Assembly: GCA_048060725.1 (NCBI GenBank)
Contig: JBGMQU010000002.1
Location: forward strand, 1,033-65,032
Reading direction: 5' to 3'
Length of the DNA stretch: 64,000 nucleotides
Source of the DNA: Gemmatimonadota bacterium
GTDB lineage: Bacteria > Gemmatimonadota > Gemmatimonadetes > Palauibacterales > Palauibacteraceae
Below are positions 9,737 through 18,405 of this stretch, in pieces (position 1 is the first letter of the stretch; every line of letters starts with the position of its first letter). The notes under the pieces were generated by a model, which searched no databases, was not told where the DNA came from, and saw nothing but the letters and a program-made list of their open reading frames with translations. The position numbers were made by a program, and so were the translations under genes.

Positions 9737-9743
9737 CCTCCTT
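9737..9743 (-). promoter_or_regulatory. Shine-Dalgarno AAGGAGG for the OMP gene
   Basis: The reverse complement of cctcctt is AAGGAGG, 8 nt upstream of the ATG at 9728. Confidence 0.5.
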
Positions 9744-9993
9744 TTGGGGAGGGCGGGACTGCCCTGTCTCCAATTTCGGATCGGAGAAATGAACTCTACA
9801 TTGGCAAATAGGGCCGTAGACGGTGCCAATGTCAAGTTTTTTCGAGCCCTCGAGCAGGGACATGGGCCCGCCACTATTGTACTCGCAGTCGCCCCTGACA
9901 TCTTCTGTTGCGTCCCGAAAAAGTCCCGGCCGCCAGCGGGGCGCTCCGCTCGGGCCGTGGGGCCGGGGAAGAACCTCGTACAATGGTGTCGCG

Positions 9994-11157
9994 ATGCGGG
10001 ACCCGAAACGAAGTGCCAGCCGGGCCGGCCATTTGCTCCTGGCGATGGGGCTCCTCTCCGCTGGGGCTTCACCGGTCGTTCTCGTCGCCCAGGAGTCGGC
10101 CGTCGATCGCTCGCGGGCCCGGGATCTGGGCGTGATCATCGGACACCTTTCGACCGGCCGGTACAACGCGATCACCGACGTGCCGGGGGTTCTCGTCGGG
10201 CACGAAACGATCATCATCGGAGATTCGATTCGCACCGGGGTGACGGCCATTCTCCCACATGATCGAAACGTGTTCGTCGAGCGCCCCCGCGCAGCCATCT
10301 ACGTGGGGAACGGGTTTGGAAAGCTCCTCGGCGTGACCCAGGTGAACGAGCTCGGAGAGCTCGAGACGCCGATACTGCTTACCGGTACATTGAGCGTGTT
10401 TCGTGCGGCGGACGCGCTTCTCGATACTCTGCTGGTGCACCCCGACAACCTGGGCGTTCGATCGATGAACCCCGTGGTGGGCGAAACGAACGACGGGTTT
10501 CTCAGCGACATACGGGCTCGTCCCGTCGGTCCCGCGCACGTTCGTGCGGCGCTTCGGGCGGCCACGGGCGGTCAGGTCGAGGAGGGCAGCGTCGGCGCGG
10601 GCACCGGCACGACCGCCCTCGGGTGGAAGGGTGGCATCGGGACCGCGTCCCGCGTCGTGAGCGCGGGGGGTACCAACGTTACCGTCGGAGTGCTGGTGCA
10701 GACGAATTTCGGCGGGCGGCTCACGGTCGCCGGGGTCCCGGTCGGCGAGCGTCTGGCCGAGCTGGGTCTTCGGAGTGCCGCCGCCCCGTTTCCGACCCAC
10801 CGCGACGGATCGGTCATGATCGTCGTGGCAACCGATCTCCCGCTTGCACACCGCGAGCTCGAACGGGTCGCGCTCCGCACATTCCTGGGGGTCGCGCGGA
10901 CCGGGTCGTACATGTCGTATGGCTCGGGCGACTATGCGATCGCGTTTTCGACCGGTGAAGGCGATCCTGTGCGTGACGGCGGATCTCTGTCACGCATCTT
11001 CGAGGCCGTCGTCGAGGCAACGGAAGAGGCGATCGTCAACTCGTTGTTCAAGGCGACGACCGTCACGGGGCATCGCGGGCGGAGTATGCGCGCCCTGCCC
11101 ATCCGCGAAACGCTGGACATCCTGAGAGAGCACGGGGCGATCGGCGGCGGGGGCTGA
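9994..11157 (+). CDS. DmpA/peptidase S58 family protein (L-aminopeptidase / D-Ala esterase-amidase family), secreted
   Basis: The start was reassigned to the ATG at 9994 (MRDPKRSASRAGHLLLAMGLLSAGASPVVLVAQE signal). The body has GVLVGHET..TGVTAIL..GVTQVNELGELETPILLTG and GETNDGFLSD, typical of DmpA-like Ntn hydrolases. Confidence 0.7.
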   Translation: MRDPKRSASRAGHLLLAMGLLSAGASPVVLVAQESAVDRSRARDLGVIIGHLSTGRYNAITDVPGVLVGHETIIIGDSIRTGVTAILPHDRNVFVERPRAAIYVGNGFGKLLGVTQVNELGELETPILLTGTLSVFRAADALLDTLLVHPDNLGVRSMNPVVGETNDGFLSDIRARPVGPAHVRAALRAATGGQVEEGSVGAGTGTTALGWKGGIGTASRVVSAGGTNVTVGVLVQTNFGGRLTVAGVPVGERLAELGLRSAAAPFPTHRDGSVMIVVATDLPLAHRELERVALRTFLGVARTGSYMSYGSGDYAIAFSTGEGDPVRDGGSLSRIFEAVVEATEEAIVNSLFKATTVTGHRGRSMRALPIRETLDILREHGAIGGGG

Positions 11158-11221
11158 CCGGCCTTCCGACTGAACAACTTCGTTACGCGGTCCGCAGCGC
11201 GAAGAGAGGGCGACACACGGG

Positions 11222-12565
11222 ATGCGAATCATCATCGTCGGAGCGGGACAGGTGGGGTATCACCTGGCGGATCGTCTGTCTCATCAGGGGCAGGACGTCG
11301 TTGTGATCGACACGAGTGCCGAGAAAGCCGAGCTGATCGGCGACCGGCTCGATGTCATGACGATCGTCGGAAACGGGGCGTCGGTCTCCGTGCTCGAGGA
11401 CGCGGGTGTCGGCAAGGCCGACCTCTTCCTCGCCGTCACGAACCGGGACGAAGTGAACATTCTGGGGTGTCTTGCCGCGGAGCGGATGGGTGACGTCCGG
11501 AAAGTCGCCCGGATATCGAACGCGGACTTTCTCGTCGAGCGCAGCGTGCTCTCGCATGAACACCTCGGGATCGACCTGATGATCAACCCCGAGCGGGAAT
11601 GCGCGTGGGAGACGTATCAGTTGTTCGCGAGTCAGGCGGCCAGCGAGTTGATCCCGTTCGCCAACGGCCAGGTCAATCTCGTGGGCCTCAAGGTGCAGGA
11701 GGGAGCCCCGGTGGCCGGCCGTACGATCAAGGAGTTGGGGACGGAGCTGCGCGGGCGGCGCTACACGACCGTGGCCATCGTGCGCGACGGAGTGACCGAG
11801 ATCCCGAACGGTGCGAGCCGGATCGAAGCCGGCGACCGGATCTTCCTCATCACGCCGGCTTCGGAAATGTCTTATCTGCCTGCCCTCGCGGGCGTTAAAC
11901 CCTATCCGCTTCGACGCGTGATGATCGCTGGCGGGAGTGCGGAGGCCATGCACCTCGCCCGGTTTCTCGACGCCCAGGGGGTCGACTGCATCATCCTCGA
12001 CCGCGATCGACAGCGGTGCGTCGAGCTGTCGACGGAACTGTCGCACGCGCTCGTGCTTCACGGCGACGCTACCGATGCGGAACTCCTCGAAATGGAGGGT
12101 GTCGCAGGCATCGACGGATACGTCGCCTATACGAACAAAGACGAGACGAATCTCCTCTCGGCCGTCCTGGCGAAGAGTCTGGGGGCCCGCAAGGTGATCG
12201 CGATGCTCCACCGGCGGCAGTACATGCCGGTTGCGGCGCGGCTGGACATCGACGCGACGGTCTCGCCGCGGCTTTCGGCCGCAAACGCGATACTCCGCTA
12301 CGTCCACACGGCCAACGTGTCTGCGGTGGCAGCGCTCCGCGGAATCGATGCGGAGGCGGTCGAACTCGTCATCGGATCGAAATGCCGCGCGCTCGGGAAG
12401 CCGTTCAGGGACGTCGACTTTCCCGAGGGTGGTCTCGTCGCCGCCATCGTGCGCGATGGCGAACTCGTCACCCCGAGAGGGGATGACCACGTACAGGTGG
12501 GCGACCACGTCGTCCTCTTCTCCCACGCGGAAACCATGCCCAGGATGGAAAAGCTGTTCGCGTGA
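11222..12565 (+). CDS. trkA: Trk potassium uptake protein TrkA (two RCK_N/RCK_C repeats)
   Basis: MRIIIVGAGQVGYHLADRL Rossmann motif, plus a second repeat (VMIAGGSAEAMHLARFL). Total length is 447 aa. Confidence 0.9.
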   Translation: MRIIIVGAGQVGYHLADRLSHQGQDVVVIDTSAEKAELIGDRLDVMTIVGNGASVSVLEDAGVGKADLFLAVTNRDEVNILGCLAAERMGDVRKVARISNADFLVERSVLSHEHLGIDLMINPERECAWETYQLFASQAASELIPFANGQVNLVGLKVQEGAPVAGRTIKELGTELRGRRYTTVAIVRDGVTEIPNGASRIEAGDRIFLITPASEMSYLPALAGVKPYPLRRVMIAGGSAEAMHLARFLDAQGVDCIILDRDRQRCVELSTELSHALVLHGDATDAELLEMEGVAGIDGYVAYTNKDETNLLSAVLAKSLGARKVIAMLHRRQYMPVAARLDIDATVSPRLSAANAILRYVHTANVSAVAALRGIDAEAVELVIGSKCRALGKPFRDVDFPEGGLVAAIVRDGELVTPRGDDHVQVGDHVVLFSHAETMPRMEKLFA

Positions 12566-14046
12566 GGTTCGCCCACCTGGTCCATGTGATCGGGATTACG
12601 CTGATGGCCCTCAGCGTGGCGCTCGCGGTGGCGGGCGGCGTCGCGCTCGCGTACGGCGAGCAAGAGGCTTTCGCGTTCTTCGCCGCGGCGGCCCTCAGCC
12701 TTGGCGTGGGGGCGATCGCGTTTCGCGGCACCCGGCTCGCCCGGGACCTGACGATCCGCGAAGGATACGCCGTGGTCGGTCTGTCCTGGGTCGTGGTGGG
12801 CATCGCCGGAGCGACCCCCTACCTGTTCTCCGGCGTGATCGGCTCCCCGATCGCGGCGTTCTTCGAGTCGGTATCCGGGTTCACGACGACCGGGGCCACG
12901 GTTTTCGGCGACATCGAAAGCCTGCCGCGCGGCATCATATTCTGGCGGGCGATGACCCAGTGGCTCGGCGGGATGGGGATCGTCCTGCTCGGGGTGGCCG
13001 TGCTGCCGTTCCTCGGCGTCGGAGGAATGCAGCTGTTTCGTGCGGAGGTGCCCGGCCCGACGACCGAACGGCTCACCCCGCGCATCCGGCAGACGGCGAC
13101 CAGGCTGTGGTATGTATACGCCGGGCTTACGGCGATACAGGTCGTGCTGTACCTGATCGGCGGGTTGTCGTTGTTCGACGCGGTCGTTCATTCGTTCGCG
13201 ACGCTTTCGACCGGAGGCTTTTCCTCGAGGAACGCTTCGCTGGCGGCGTTCGCATCGCCATTCGTTCAATACGTGACGATCGCCTTCATGTACCTCGCGG
13301 CAGTCAACTTCACGCTTCACTACCAGTTGACCCGCGGCCGACTCAGGTACACGCAAGACGCCGAGTGGCGGTTCTTTACCGCGGCGTTGTGTGGCGCGAC
13401 GGTCGTCGTCTTTCTCATCGCGATGACCGGGCCCGTCGCCGGGAGGATGGAGGAGACGTTCCGCGCGTCGCTGTTCCAGGTGACGTCCATCATCACCACG
13501 ACCGGATTCGTCACGTTCGACTACGAGAGCTGGGGCGCTGCGGCGGCGCTCCTGCTTTTGTTCCTGATGTTCATGGGGGGGATGGCCGGGTCCACCGCAG
13601 GAGGGATGAAGGCGATGCGCCTGCGTCTGCTGGTGCGCCACGGTTTCACCGAGCTCAGGCGCAGCGTGCACCCGCGGGCGGTCATCGTCGCGCGACTCGG
13701 GGCCACCCCGGTGCCCGATCCGACGTTTTACCGGGTGCTCGCGTTCGCGCTGTTTTTTCTCGGATTGTTCGCGGCGGGCGCGTTCGCGCTTACCCTGCTG
13801 GGTCATGATCTCATCACCGCGATCGGTGCGAGTGCGGCGAGCATCGGCAATATCGGCCCGGGGCTCGGTGGGGTCGGACCCGTCGCCCACTACGGATGGA
13901 TGGGCGGCGCATCGCATGTCGTGTTGATCTTCCTCATGCTCGCCGGCCGGCTGGAGCTGTTCACGATCCTGCTGTTGTTCCACCCCGATCTGTGGCGACG
14001 TCACGCGTCGCCGCCTCGCCTTGGATCCGGGGCTGAGACTCCGTAA
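12562..14046 (+). CDS. trkH: Trk-type K+ transporter membrane subunit TrkH/KtrB
   Basis: Multiple TM segments and a selectivity-filter-like SGFTTTGAT motif. It overlaps trkA by 4 nt. Confidence 0.9.
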   Translation: MRFAHLVHVIGITLMALSVALAVAGGVALAYGEQEAFAFFAAAALSLGVGAIAFRGTRLARDLTIREGYAVVGLSWVVVGIAGATPYLFSGVIGSPIAAFFESVSGFTTTGATVFGDIESLPRGIIFWRAMTQWLGGMGIVLLGVAVLPFLGVGGMQLFRAEVPGPTTERLTPRIRQTATRLWYVYAGLTAIQVVLYLIGGLSLFDAVVHSFATLSTGGFSSRNASLAAFASPFVQYVTIAFMYLAAVNFTLHYQLTRGRLRYTQDAEWRFFTAALCGATVVVFLIAMTGPVAGRMEETFRASLFQVTSIITTTGFVTFDYESWGAAAALLLLFLMFMGGMAGSTAGGMKAMRLRLLVRHGFTELRRSVHPRAVIVARLGATPVPDPTFYRVLAFALFFLGLFAAGAFALTLLGHDLITAIGASAASIGNIGPGLGGVGPVAHYGWMGGASHVVLIFLMLAGRLELFTILLLFHPDLWRRHASPPRLGSGAETP

Positions 14047-14094
14047 CGTGACCCGCCAGGGATTTCTTGAGCAGCCTCCCAGGGGAGAAACCGC

Positions 14095-15744
14095 ATGAAA
14101 CCGCTCGTTCCGGCTTCACAACAGCCACCGCTGCCGGCGGACCGAATGATCGTTCGCGAGGCGCCGGACGAAGAGGCGGTCCCGATGGATGTCCTGTTCG
14201 TCGGGGGTGGCCCCGCCGGGCTCGCCGGCGCCATCGAACTCGCCCGCCTCGTGGCGCAGGAGCGCGAGAACGGCGGCCCCGATCTCGAGATCGGCGTGCT
14301 CGAGAAGTCCGGCGAACTCGGCGAGCATTGTCTGAGCGGTGCGGTGGTGAACCCGGAAGCCTTCCACGAACTCTTTCCCGACCTGCCCGTATCGGAGTTG
14401 CCGTTCCGGGGGGGCGTTCCCGGCGATCGGGTGCACATGCTCACGGCGAAACGAGATTTCCGTCTGCCCACGCCGCCGACGATGCGTAATCACGGGCACT
14501 ACGTGGCCTCGATTTGCGAAATCGTCGGATGGCTCGGCGCACGGGCCGAAGAAGCCGGTGTCAACGTGTTTACCGGGTTCCCCGCAGACTCGCTGCTCAT
14601 GGACGGAGATCGCGTGGTCGGCGTACGCACGACGCCGGCGGGACTCGATCGGGACGGGCATCCCGGCTCAGGGTTCATGCCGCCGACCGACCTCACGGCC
14701 CGGGTCACGGTGCTGGCCGAGGGAACGCGTGGGCCGCTCTCGGCGGCGTGGCTCGACGACCAGAAGATCGGAGCAGACAACCCACAGATCTTCGCTCTGG
14801 GCGTGAAGGAACTGTGGCAGGTGCCGGGCGGACTGGACGCGGTGATCCACACACTGGGGTGGCCACTCCCTCGCGAAGCGTTCGGAGGGAGCTTCATCTA
14901 CCCCATGGGGCCGGACCTCATCGCGGTGGGACTGGTGGTGGGCCTCGACGCGCCATTCGCGGATCTCGATGTTCATGCCTGGCTCCAGGCGCTCAAGACC
15001 CACCCGTTCGTCGCCAGGAGACTCGCCGGGGGAGAACTCGTCGAGTGGGGCGCGAAAACGATTCCAGAGGGTGGGTATCACTCGATCCCCAGGCGACTGC
15101 ACGGCGACGGCCTCGTCGTGGTCGGCGACGCGGCCGGGGTGGTCGACGTGGCGACACTCAAGGGGATCCACTATGCGATGTGGTCGGGCATCTACGCGGC
15201 GCGGACGATTCACGCCTCTCTCTGGACGGGCGATGGCGCGGCCGCGTCACTGTCGTCCTATGACACGGCGCTCCACGATCGACTGCGCGGGAGTTCGCTC
15301 TATCGGAACCGAAATATGCGACTCGCCTTCAAGTCTGGATTCTACGGCGGCGGTGTGCGCGCCGGGATGATGCAACTCACGCGTGGCGTCTTCCCGGCCG
15401 GCCGAATCGAGGTGAAACCTGACGCGAGCGAGCCGCGCACGTCCCGGGCGGGTATCGACCCGTCCCCGGACGGCACCCTCACCCATGCCAAGCTCGACGC
15501 GGTTTTTCGTTCGGGAAACGCGACTCGCGACGACATCCCGTCCCATCTCGTGGTCGGTGACGATGTTTCCCCGGAAATGGCCGCGTTTTACGAACGGCTG
15601 TGCCCCGCCGGCGTCTACGAAGTTCAGGACGGGAATCTCGTCGTCAACGCGCCAAACTGCGTGGACTGCAAGGCGACCGACGTCGTCGGCCCGCGGTGGA
15701 CACCCCGCGAGGGTGGCAGCGGCCCCGTCTACAAGCGGATGTGA
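14095..15744 (+). CDS. Electron-transfer flavoprotein:ubiquinone oxidoreductase (ETF-QO)
   Basis: FAD-binding motif DVLFVGGGPAGLAGAIEL and a C-terminal 4Fe-4S region (CPAGVYE...NAPNCVDCKATD). Confidence 0.85.
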   Translation: MKPLVPASQQPPLPADRMIVREAPDEEAVPMDVLFVGGGPAGLAGAIELARLVAQERENGGPDLEIGVLEKSGELGEHCLSGAVVNPEAFHELFPDLPVSELPFRGGVPGDRVHMLTAKRDFRLPTPPTMRNHGHYVASICEIVGWLGARAEEAGVNVFTGFPADSLLMDGDRVVGVRTTPAGLDRDGHPGSGFMPPTDLTARVTVLAEGTRGPLSAAWLDDQKIGADNPQIFALGVKELWQVPGGLDAVIHTLGWPLPREAFGGSFIYPMGPDLIAVGLVVGLDAPFADLDVHAWLQALKTHPFVARRLAGGELVEWGAKTIPEGGYHSIPRRLHGDGLVVVGDAAGVVDVATLKGIHYAMWSGIYAARTIHASLWTGDGAAASLSSYDTALHDRLRGSSLYRNRNMRLAFKSGFYGGGVRAGMMQLTRGVFPAGRIEVKPDASEPRTSRAGIDPSPDGTLTHAKLDAVFRSGNATRDDIPSHLVVGDDVSPEMAAFYERLCPAGVYEVQDGNLVVNAPNCVDCKATDVVGPRWTPREGGSGPVYKRM

Positions 15745-15759
15745 CGTGAGCGGCCCCCG

Positions 15760-16527
15760 TTGAACGAGTCGGATTCGTCTCCTGTGGAGAGTGAGCACCG
15801 AAGGCCGTACCGCGGAGAAGCCACGGGGTGGCTCTCGCGGGCGATCTGGCCGTTCGCGACGTGGTTCGCGGCGCAGTCGACGATTCCCTTCATCATGTTG
15901 TTTCTCTTCGCTCTGAACCGGACGCGAGTGTACGGTCGACACCGGATCCCGATGGAAACGAACACCCTCCTGTTGTCGAATCACCAGTCCATGATCGACT
16001 CGTTCCTCCTCGTGTTCGCCGCCTTCGTCCCGCGAGAGATCGTTCAGCCATCGCTTCTGCCGTGGCACCCGGCGGCCGAGGAGAACTTCTTCAGGAACCG
16101 CGTGATCGCGTGGGTCTTCACGATGCTCAAATGCATTCCGGTGCGCCGGGGCAGGCCCGATCTGAAGGCCATTAATCGTTCGATTCGCGCGCTCCAGGAA
16201 GGGACGATGATCCTGTTCCCCGAGGGTACACGGACGCGAGACGGATCGGTCGGAAGAGCGAGGCCCGGGGCGGGGTTGCTCCTCCTGGAGACGGGCGCGT
16301 CCGTCGTCCCGGTCACCATCACGGGCATGGATCGCGTGTTGCCGATCGGCGCGTTTTTCCCTCGTTTCGGACATCGGGTTTCCGTGTATTTCGGACGCCC
16401 CATCGACTACGCGGATCTGGCCGGCGAACCCCGGTCCCGCGAGACGGCCCAGAGGTTGGTCGACCGGGTCATGGATCGGATCCGTTTTCAGCAGCGAGTG
16501 ATCGAGCGGATGGCGGCCCGACGCTGA
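15760..16527 (+). CDS. plsC: 1-acyl-sn-glycerol-3-phosphate acyltransferase (PlsC family)
   Basis: HX4D motif NHQSMIDS; FPEGTRT motif; TTG start at 15760 per the ORF track. Confidence 0.8.
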   Translation: MNESDSSPVESEHRRPYRGEATGWLSRAIWPFATWFAAQSTIPFIMLFLFALNRTRVYGRHRIPMETNTLLLSNHQSMIDSFLLVFAAFVPREIVQPSLLPWHPAAEENFFRNRVIAWVFTMLKCIPVRRGRPDLKAINRSIRALQEGTMILFPEGTRTRDGSVGRARPGAGLLLLETGASVVPVTITGMDRVLPIGAFFPRFGHRVSVYFGRPIDYADLAGEPRSRETAQRLVDRVMDRIRFQQRVIERMAARR

Positions 16528-16571
16528 TCGCCGTACTGGACAGGGGCCACCTTGCAGTGCACCTTCCGCCC

Positions 16572-16706
16572 ATGTCGACTACCCTGTTCTACGTCTTTGT
16601 GACGCTGCTGCTCGCCGTCCTCATCGGCGGGCTTATCGGGGCCGGATTCGCGTTCGGCTGCAAGCTGCCCGACCCCGTCGAGAAGGAGGGCGCCGACGCC
16701 GGCTGA
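16572..16706 (+). CDS. Hypothetical small membrane peptide (44 aa, single TM)
   Basis: ATG at 16572 to TGA at 16704-16706. Translation: MSTTLFYVFVTLLLAVLIGGLIGAGFAFGCKLPDPVEKEGADAG. It is too short for the ORF track and was found by reading the sequence directly. Confidence 0.3.
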   Translation: MSTTLFYVFVTLLLAVLIGGLIGAGFAFGCKLPDPVEKEGADAG

Positions 16707-16868
16707 GTTCCGGTCTCCAGCGCGCTCGCGGCGTGTCCCGCATCTTGCCCGGCGGCATTCACGCATCTTCCGAACGGCCCCCCGAACCGCTATTTTCCTG
16801 TGCTCCGCTACGAGGGTTACTCCTGGGCCCCGGGACCTCGTGGTGGCACACAAGCCAAGAGGTGATGT

Positions 16869-17120
16869 ATGACAATGACCTTCAGGGACGAGAGCGGATT
16901 GCGCTGGAAGGCGTGGCTCGCCTCGCGTGAGGTCTTCTGGCCCGATCCCAAGGACAAGGGACCTCCGCCCGACAGCGAGGCCGTCGTCTTCGTCTGCTTT
17001 TCCGACCCGCACCAGCCGCAGCGTCGCACGAGGCTTCCTCAGGGCTCCTTCAAGGAATTGAGCATCGAAGATTTGAAAGGGCACTTCAAGAAGGCCAAGA
17101 TCGACCCGACCATTCGATAG
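16869..17120 (+). CDS. Hypothetical small protein (83 aa) with atypical, lower-GC codon usage
   Basis: Good SD (AAGAGGTGA) 6 nt upstream of the ATG. The codon usage is visibly A/T-richer than its surroundings (e.g. aaggaattgagcatcgaagatttgaaagggcac). It sits immediately upstream of citrate synthase. Confidence 0.4.
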   Translation: MTMTFRDESGLRWKAWLASREVFWPDPKDKGPPPDSEAVVFVCFSDPHQPQRRTRLPQGSFKELSIEDLKGHFKKAKIDPTIR

Positions 17121-17146
17121 ACGACTAAAAGGATTAGAGCGCCGAG

Positions 17147-18274
17147 ATGACCGCGCAGGCAAAAACGAAGGGACTCGAGGGCGTCGTCGCCTCCGAGACG
17201 GCCCTCAGCTTCATCGATGGACAAGAGGGTATCCTCAGCTATCGGGGATACAACATTCACGACCTCGCCCCAAACGCTTCTTTCCTCGAGTCGGTCTTCC
17301 TGCTGTGGAACGACCGTCTCCCCACGAGAGACGAACTCGCGACCTTCGAGGCCGAGATCGCCGGACAGAGGGCACTGGACGCCCGAACGCTCGACGTCCT
17401 GCGCCTCCTGCCCACGGATACGACGCCGATGGCGGCGTTACGCACTGCCGCCTCCGTGGAAGGCACGACGGATCCGGACGCCGAGGACAACTCGGCCGAA
17501 GCGAATCTGCGGAAGGCGAAGCGTCTCGTCGCCCGGTTCCCGACCATGGTGGCCGCGTTCCACCGTCTGAGGGGCGGTGCCAATCCGGTCGAACCCGATT
17601 CGTCGCTCTCCCACGCCGCGGATTTCGTCCGCATGGCGAACGGCGAGGCGGGTACCGATGAGGCGGCCGCGGCGCTCGACCGCACCTTACTGCTCTATCT
17701 GGACCACGGGTTCAATGCTTCGACCTTCACGTGTCGCGTGATCGCCGCCACACTCGGCGACATGCACTCGGCCGTGGTGGGAGGGGTCGGCGCGCTCAAG
17801 GGCTCTCTCCATGGCGGCGCAAACGCGAAGGCCATGGAGACGCTGCTTGAAATCGGCGAGGTGGAGAACGCCGAGCCATGGCTCGAGAAGGCGTTTGCCG
17901 AGAAGCGCAAGATCATGGGATTTGGTCACCGCGTGTACAAGACCGAAGATCCGCGCGCCACGCACCTTCGCGAGATGTCGGCCCAGCTGACACACCAGGC
18001 CGGTCTCGACAAATACTACGAGATCTCTCGCTACCTCGAAGAGGAAATCAAGGCGAAGAAGGGGATCAATCCCAACGTCGACTTCTACTGCGCGACCGTG
18101 TACTACTCGCTCGGGCTGCCGATCGATCTCTACACGCCCATCTTCGCCATGGGGCGGATCGGGGGCTGGTCGGCCCACGTGATGGAGCAACACGCAGACA
18201 ATCGGTTGATCCGGCCACGTGCGAGGTATGTCGGGGGAATGGATCTGCCCTGGGTTCCGATGGACGATCGATAA
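17147..18274 (+). CDS. gltA: Citrate synthase (short, ~375 aa type)
   Basis: GFGHRVYKTEDPR signature; FNASTFTCRVIAATL; SD AAAGGA upstream. Confidence 0.9.
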   Translation: MTAQAKTKGLEGVVASETALSFIDGQEGILSYRGYNIHDLAPNASFLESVFLLWNDRLPTRDELATFEAEIAGQRALDARTLDVLRLLPTDTTPMAALRTAASVEGTTDPDAEDNSAEANLRKAKRLVARFPTMVAAFHRLRGGANPVEPDSSLSHAADFVRMANGEAGTDEAAAALDRTLLLYLDHGFNASTFTCRVIAATLGDMHSAVVGGVGALKGSLHGGANAKAMETLLEIGEVENAEPWLEKAFAEKRKIMGFGHRVYKTEDPRATHLREMSAQLTHQAGLDKYYEISRYLEEEIKAKKGINPNVDFYCATVYYSLGLPIDLYTPIFAMGRIGGWSAHVMEQHADNRLIRPRARYVGGMDLPWVPMDDR

Positions 18275-18322
18275 ACACGGTCGGGTCCCGGCACCGGAGC
18301 GGCGAGCGAATGCGCAGCATCA

Positions 18323-18353
18323 GAAGCGGGTCTCGGGACCCGCTTCTTTTTTA
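18323..18353 (+). terminator. Rho-independent terminator after citrate synthase
   Basis: AGAAGCGGGTC tcg GGACCCGCTTCT followed by TTTTTT. Confidence 0.7.
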
Positions 18354-18405
18354 GCATAGTCCCGTCCTGACGAGCAGTCGGGGTCGCGCGAGGAGGCAGG
18401 CCGAG

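Noticed and set aside
9729-10298. 190-aa N-terminal extension of the minus-strand OMP ORF
   Set aside because: An internal ATG with a perfect AAGGAGG and a signal peptide marks the real start. The extension is Arg/Pro-rich, would overlap the divergent peptidase gene, and its N-terminus is not signal-like.
12298-14004. 568-aa minus-strand ORF, one of many long antisense ORFs (also 315-1271, 2681-3799, 3926-5116, 18130-19641, 25376-26725, 27097-28305, 28038-29405, 31398-33215, 32788-34422, 49468-50712, 54076-55791, 56130-57269)
   Set aside because: Each lies antisense to a gene with unmistakable conserved motifs (trkH, RND, pepA, dnaB, radA, gap, pgk, nuo genes). Their translations are Arg/Pro/Gly-rich low-complexity strings, typical of stop-codon-poor high-GC DNA.
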